DNA from: Curvularia clavata
Lineage: Eukaryota
Assembly (NCBI GenBank): GCA_023920165.1
Contig: CP089275.1
Span: forward strand, 5,828,001 to 5,880,203
DNA: 52,203 bases
Direction of reading: 5' to 3'
Within the stretch, counting starts at the first letter, position 1. Every line of letters starts with the position of its first letter. This document shows, in pieces, positions 45,881 to 52,203 of this stretch. The notes below the pieces were generated by a model. That model saw only the letters and a program-made list of their open reading frames with translations, had not been told where the DNA came from and ran no database searches. The translations under genes were made by a program, and so were the position numbers.

Positions 45881-48342
45881 CTGGCGGATAAGCAGCGGCC
45901 AAAGAAGCTCTTACGAGCGAGCAGAGCTTGTACGTGTTAAAAACGCCTACCTACCCTGCGCAATTTCCTAGCTTCAACCAAAGTTGTGTTGCATGCTACC
46001 ATCTTTGCGATGCGTATGGATTGTTAGAGAACGATCGTGCTAGTATCGCGTGGAGCTATTTTTTCTTCTACTTTCATGATTTTGCAGCCCGTCTGCCTTT
46101 ATTATCGGACCTCTGCTGACACGACAATCTCCAAGGTGACTTCTGCCACAAACGTAGCATCAAATGCCACCCCAGTGCCACGGACCCCCACAGGTGCCAG
46201 AACTGTTATGATTTCGACGTGCTATGCACGTACGAGCGCCCACTGAAGCGGGGTCATGCTGCGTCTGGCAACGTTTCTTCAGGAAGACTTGGGTCATTCG
46301 CAGCCGCTAGCGATGGAGCCCGGGATTCACGGTTTCGGCGGCACCAGCACCAGCACCAAGATCAGAATTATCGTCAACAATTAGGGCCTGGGCGATTGCA
46401 ACATATTGACAAGATCGCAGATGCAGCGCCTCCAATGGGTGAGGGTGCGGAGAAGGCGAGCCCGTCGTCTGAGAGGCCCGGTAAGGGCTCCACAGCGTCG
46501 AGAGTGCAGATGGCAGTGCGGGAGGAGCTGAGAAAGGAGTGGTCCGGAACTGCGTGGACTGCATTTGCCGCTGTGAGCGCGGGAACCATTGAATATCTGG
46601 TTGGTGTGTATTTCCAGGTTGTTTATCCAATGTAAGTGGCCGAGACTATTCATGTTCTTTGCAAAGGGCGCGACTCTCCTTTGTTAGGGCTAGACTGGAA
46701 TTCCTATTGTCCATTTCGCGAATTCGACTGTCAAACTTTTATGTAACCTGTGCTGACTTGCATCCTGAAGATTCCCTCTCTTCCATAAACCTACGTTGCT
46801 CCAGAGGGTACGCGACCAAGAGTACCTACAGAACCGGGGCTGTTTCACCTCGTTGATGGCAGCATGCGCTCTGGCATCAGCTCGAGAAAGAGATGGCGCG
46901 CTATATGTCTCGGTTAGGGATGGGCTGCATTCGGCCACTATCCCATCAGAAACATTCTATACAGCAGCAAAAGATACGCTACCTAAGAATCTGGTAGAAG
47001 CTCGGGAACTAGATTTTATAAGGGCATGTGTTCTGCTGTCCATCACTAGCCTCCAGTATGGGGATATTGAGGCCATGCAGCTATACTTGGGTCACTATTT
47101 TACCCTGGTTGGAATTCATAGGTTTCATGACGAAGCGTGTTGGCCCAAGAACATAACAAATATCGAGGTTGAGGAGAGGCGGCGCTTGGTGTGTGTCCGA
47201 CGCTACATGCTACCCATTGACACATACGCTAACCATGATAACAGTATTGGTCGACATACACATTCGATATCTATACTTCCATCGTGTGGAATGGTAGCGT
47301 CCACGCCTATGGCGCCAACGCCCGAGTCCATTACCCAACTGAGGTTGAAGATGAGCTTATCACGCCTCTCGCAACGTTATCCTCTCCACAGTCCGCCACC
47401 TCGTGGCTACGTGGGTGGAATTTCACCACGGACCTATATTTGACGCTCGAGCACGCTGCCAACCGGCTGCGCGCGCGCCATGCCCGTCTTGGTGACGGCA
47501 TCGACGTCGCTGCCATCTTTGGCATGCCCGCCTCTTCCTCCGCCGCCGTGCTGGCGTCTATCAACGCGCACTATGCCGCCCTACCAGCAGAGTTCAAGAT
47601 ATTCGCGCCGCCTACAGGTGACCGCGGCCGCGACATCTTTGGATTCCAGGCTGCAAATATTCAGGCGACACTGATGCTGTTGCGCATGCTCTTCCTTTGC
47701 ACCGACGACAACTGCCGCTCACCCTTGGACGTGCAGCTTAAATGCAACGTCGCAGCCGAGGTTGTTGCCGTCTTTCAGACTATTCCAACCGCTTATCTGT
47801 GCGGTATCAGCACACCCCTCATCTACCATCTTGCAGGCATTGGCGTGATTCTTGGGTCCGTCATGGAGGGCCCACTCTCTGAAGAAAGTTATCAGAAGGT
47901 TAAGGGTGTGTTACTTTCCATGGCTGATTTGCTTGAGAGCCTCGAAAGTGGCTTGTCTCGGGCGACTGATATCAGTAAATGTCTCCGTGCACAGGTGGAG
48001 CGGATGGATGAATATATGCGTGCCCAACGTCGGCCTGGAGAAAAGCCTTACGCGCAATTACAGCCAAATGATGGTTCATCCATTCACACTACTGGGACAC
48101 GAATTTCGCAAGCACAACACCTAGCTTCCAACGATGAAGCTGACATGCATATTGTGGGAACTATCAACGACCCAGGCAGCACGTTACCATTGGAGATGGG
48201 AGGTGCAAGTGCAGAGGCAGAAGAAGGACAGTTCAATAACCAGTGGCTTGGTGAGTTCCAGTTCCCACCTGAACTGTTAGAAGACTGGCCGTGGCCGTTT
48301 AGTCTGCAACCTGAAAGCTGGGCTTTCTTAGGACTGGGGTAG
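45881..48342 (+). CDS. Zn(II)2Cys6 transcription factor with fungal-specific TF domain; exons about 45881-45929, 46136-46631, 46771-47188, 47245-48342 (start uncertain)
   Basis: Spliced cluster RASRAC|DFCHKRSIKCHPSATDPHRCQNCYDFDVLCTY; motifs VYPIFPLFH, EERRRLYWSTYTFDIY and WLRGWNFTTDLY. Three introns keep the frame. Confidence 0.88.
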
Positions 48343-48599
48343 GTGTAAGAGAAGGTGTAACCATGCATAGACCAAAACATACCCCAGCCAGGGCAGCTTA
48401 TCAAGATCCGATTAAGAGCCGGGTCAGACCCGATGAAGACCCGCACCCAGGTATAAGTACCAGGTACCTTCCATAGATGTTCGGTAGATTTTTAATATCC
48501 TTTCGTACCAGGCCTATAAGTGTCTACTAAATCTAAAGTATTTCTGCTGTCCCACGCACTTCCATATGCATTTAAGTGACACTTCCCACCAGAACTAAT

Positions 48600-51026
48600 T
48601 CGACTAGTCTTGCTCGCGCCGTTATATTATATCAAAAATCTCGTTCTAGCTAGTAATAGTCTTTAAAATAATATCGCAGCTTATTTATTAAGACTGCGTC
48701 TAAGCCTAAGTCCCTCTAGAACTACTCTAGATACTTCACACTATTACATCCTACATTCACACACAGGCGGGATCCCTTTAATCTCCCGCCAACTAAAGCT
48801 TTTTAGATTTAGATCTCCTATACTAATTATAGTTAGATTAACTTTAGAGAAGTCGCGTAGATTGCGCTAGAGTAGAGACTTAGAGACTACTAAAAACCTA
48901 TTAGCTATAAAGACAACTATCAATAGCTAACCGAATTCTATCTAGCTTAGGAGAGCTTTCTAGAAAGTTGCCGCACTTCTAAAATTTAAAGTTAAGAGAG
49001 AAGATATCTAGTAAACCGCCAGCTATTAAAAAAGAAGAGAATTTAGAAGAGAATAAGACTAGCCTTCTTTAGGCAGAGATTAATAGACTAAACGAATAAA
49101 TCGCACAGCTATCCTACCAAAATACCGCAGCCCTAGATTAACCTCTCCTCTCTATTAAATTACTATAGCTATAGGACAAAAGTTTTGCCTCGGTAACCTA
49201 GCCACCCCACCAACCACTAACACTACCCACTACTTCGAGCGCCCACCACCAACGCTCCACTACCTCAATGCGATCTAGCAGTACTGTAAAAGATGCCTAG
49301 AGGTCGCAACATGACCGTGGACGAGCGTAATATCGCTGTCGGCATGTTGCAGGCGGGTGCAAGCTATTAAGAAGTCGCGATAGTGTTCCGCCGCGATGCC
49401 TCCACCATCCGACGACTATACAATAAGTATAACACTACCCACACCACTTGCGATAGGCCTCGCTCCGGCCGTCCTACAATACTATCTGATCGTCAGAAGA
49501 AGATTATCTATCGTATTGCACGTCGATCGCCTAAAATACAATATAAACAACTTGTTAAAGAAGCCGTCTTTATACATGCCGACGGCTCGACTTCTAAGCC
49601 CCCTAGCAGCCGTACTTTATGCCAGGTCCTTTCAAGCTTTGGCCTACGCAAATATCGCTGCAAAGGCTGGCCAAAACTGACCCGTCTTCTTGCCTATCAG
49701 CGCTATAAGTTTGCCTGTAGGCACCGGCTTTTCCCTTGGCATCGCCGCACGGTTATCTTCTCAGACGAGTGCTCTGTTCAGAAGGGCTCTGGCGCCCAAC
49801 GAGAGTGGTGTTTTCGCTATCCACACGAGAAATGGAGCAAGGATATGATCAGCGAAATAGATCCAAAATAGGGCCCACAGCAGATGGTGTGGGGGGCTAT
49901 ATGGCTGGATAGAAGAGGCCGCGCTTAGCGGAGTCCTCTCGTGATCATGGAAAGGGATCCCAATACCTAACATAGTGGCTACTCTAGCCAAAGTTACATC
50001 CAAGCCCTTCGTCAAGGCCTACTCCCTTTCTACCGTTCGAATCAGATCTTCATGCATGATAACGCGCGTATACACACGGCCCGAGTCGTCCGGACGTTTC
50101 TCGCGGATCACCAGATTCAGACACTTGACTGGCCAGCCTACTCACCAGATTTGAATCCAATCGAACACCTCTGGTGGACACTTAAAACAAAGATGTGGGA
50201 TATATATCCACAATATAGAAATTATAGCCAAGCCTAAGACGAGTGGCATGGGTTTTGCGAGGCTTTAAAAGACTGCTGGAGTCGGATACCAGACGAGCTG
50301 ATTTCTCGGCTAATTGCGTCCATGCCGCGCCGCCTTTCGGCCTGCCGGCGCGCGCGAGGCTGGCAAACTAAATACTAGTATCTAGGAAATATATCTGCTT
50401 TTGAAATTTGAAAAAAATGCTATTGTTGGTGGAGTTACAGCTGTTTTTTTTATAGGTGATCAACTTCGGTGGGGGTGAGGATTCGGCTAGCGCGGCAAGA
50501 CTTTTGGCGTAGTACTATACCAACTATTACTAAACTAACTAAAACTTAATTTAGAAAGTACTAGTTAGCAACTTTAAACCTACTATATATTAAACTTATA
50601 GAACGTACCTCTTCTATTAATAACTTTAGTAATAGAACAGAACCTATATTCTACTAATAGCAAGCATTAATAGAAGACTGCTTAATAATTAATATAGACT
50701 ATTATTAGAGTAAACGCACACGTATAGCTTTAGTCTAGAGATATACTATAGGTATCGCCAAGGAATATCTAGAACTATAGTACCTAGCCAATTTAGTAGA
50801 GGATTAGTTCTAAAATGCCAAAAATATAATAGCTACTCTAAAATTATACTTCGTATCTAGTAATAAGTAAGTAGAAAGCCGCGCTGCTTTCTACTGCTTA
50901 TTTATAGATAAAAAGAAAATCTTCGCTAAATTTAAAATAACATTTATAAGTACTACTATTAAAGAATCTATATTAAAGTTAGAGTAGTTTTTCTACTTAT
51001 AGGAAAAAATTACCCCTGTCTTACGT
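48600..51026. repeat. Heavily RIPed AT-rich relic interrupted by the Tc1 element at 49166
   Basis: TpA-rich, CpA/TpG-poor sequence on both sides of the insertion; origin not identifiable. Confidence 0.5.
49166..50517 (+). mobile_element. Tc1/mariner (DD34E) transposon, inactivated; transposase 49293-50378
   Basis: Imperfect TIRs sharing CAAAAGTYTTGCC, with TA flanks. Motifs RPRSGRP, VIFSDEC, MVWGAIW, FMHDNARIH, SPDLNPIEHLW and GWQTKY; several in-frame TAA/TAG stops. Confidence 0.88.
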
Positions 51027-52049
51027 TGTTACACGGGGTCCTACGCGTTGGTAGGAATATACTTACCTAGCCTAGATTCTGGGTTAGGGCGAGGCCAGTT
51101 TCTATAAAGTATACCGTGGGGTAGTTGTCTGGCGATTTGGTAGTAGGGAATAATAAAGATAGACAAAACTAATTCTATTTAGAAGATAGAATAACTAGTA
51201 TTAATCTAAGTATAAAAGAACTATAGAAAGATATTTTGCTAAATTAACTATAATAAGTATAATAATAAAATCTAATATATTCTTATATCTATTGCTTCTA
51301 GTCCTATTCTTACTATTTTTATAGAATAATCTCTATATTCTCTGAAGTCCCTAAAGTCACTTTAGTTACGTGTGAGCGTGTCTTTATATACTAGTATAGT
51401 TTCCTAGTCTTAGCCTAAGGCTAGTTACGTAATCGCCCTTCCGCGGGAATTATTACCTTCTGACGTATCGTCTAGTAGTCTCCTACCTATAGCTATCGTT
51501 AAAGAGAGATCTTTCTTTATTATTTATAATATTATCTCTCCTTTTAGAGTTATTATCCTAATACTCTAGATTATTATTTTCCTATACGTTGCTTGGCGCT
51601 AATGGCTTAGATAAGTATTAAGATATATCTATTATATCGTAGGCGCTTCTTCCTCTATGCCTTCCTAACTATACCTAAGATTTAACCAACTCGTCGTGTC
51701 TGTAACTAGAATTCGACTCTTTAGCGTCGGGCCCGCGCTAACTATATAAGGGAATAAGGCCGCGAGATAACTTTCTGGTATAAACGTTGTAAAGAGAAGA
51801 ATCTTCGTTATTTCGTAGACATAGCGTCTGGTCGCTGCGCTGGTTGTATTTCAGTTTCTGCTGAGTGTAGCCTTTTTGTTTCTGAGGAAGAGTGGGAGAA
51901 GGTTGAGGCTGAGAAGTAGTAAAAGCGTCTCAAGATTGCTCGTGCTAAAGAGCGCCAGCTTTAGGCTGCAATGGAGACTGCGCGACTTTGGCGCGAGCTT
52001 CTAGAGGTTGAGGCGCGAGAGCGAGAATTTGCTAATCGAGATTATGCTA
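51027..52049 (-). mobile_element. Truncated, RIPed copy of the gypsy element: 3' LTR (51027-51531), polypurine tract and part of the antisense ORF
   Basis: Colinear with 23539-24563, differing mostly by C>T and G>A changes (ATGCCC>ATACCT at 51671); ends abruptly at the telomere tract. Confidence 0.93.
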
Positions 52050-52148
52050 GGGGTTAGGGTTAGGGTTAGGGTTAGGGTTAGGGTTAGGGTTAGGGTTAGG
52101 GTTAGGGTTAGGGTTAGGGTTAGGGTTAGGGTTAGGGTTAGGGTTAGG
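52050..52148 (+). repeat. Telomere (TTAGGG)n, about 16 units
   Basis: Perfect array with the G-rich strand running 5'->3' toward the contig end. Confidence 0.97.
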
Positions 52149-52151
52149 TTA

Positions 52152-52203
52152 GCTGTCACACGAGTATGGAAGTCGTTCTTTAACCTTAGCAATACGTAAC
52201 TGA
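52152..52203 (-). other. Untrimmed Oxford Nanopore native barcode and adapter (technical sequence)
   Basis: GCTG flank, the 24-mer TCACACGAGTATGGAAGTCGTTCT (52156-79, recalled as barcode 13), TTAACCTT flank, then AGCAATACGTAACTGA (reverse complement of the ligation adapter). Confidence 0.92.

Noticed and set aside
52001..52199. ORFs encoding (VR)n and (LT)n dipeptide repeats
   Set aside because: Translations of the telomere array plus adapter.

Overview
Filamentous ascomycete DNA with spliceosomal introns and RIP-like CpA>TpA damage in repeats. The window runs to a chromosome end: about 16 TTAGGG units followed by an untrimmed Nanopore barcode and adapter. Host genes from left to right: the 3' end of an NRPS beside a bZIP-ankyrin (ToxE-type) regulator, an NAD(P)-binding oxidoreductase, a HET-domain gene, a WSC-GH3 beta-xylosidase, a metallo-beta-lactamase-fold gene, a small 6-Cys secreted protein and a hemerythrin (HHE) protein. 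Next to the telomere is a three-gene unit: a levoglucosan kinase, a divergently transcribed sugar porter and a Zn2Cys6 regulator. Transposons: a LINE remnant, a long-TIR Tc1 element with two introns that contains a solo LTR and an intact, un-RIPed Ty3/gypsy chromovirus, RIPed pogo/Fot1 and Tc1 elements, and a truncated RIPed gypsy copy capped directly by the telomere. Top leads are (1) the putative levoglucosan uptake and catabolism cluster, (2) an antisense Zn2Cys6 plus coiled-coil ORF and an expanded His/Cys array in the retrotransposon, (3) the NRPS-bANK cluster edge and (4) telomere healing on a broken retroelement. Family assignments come from recalled motifs; no searches were run.
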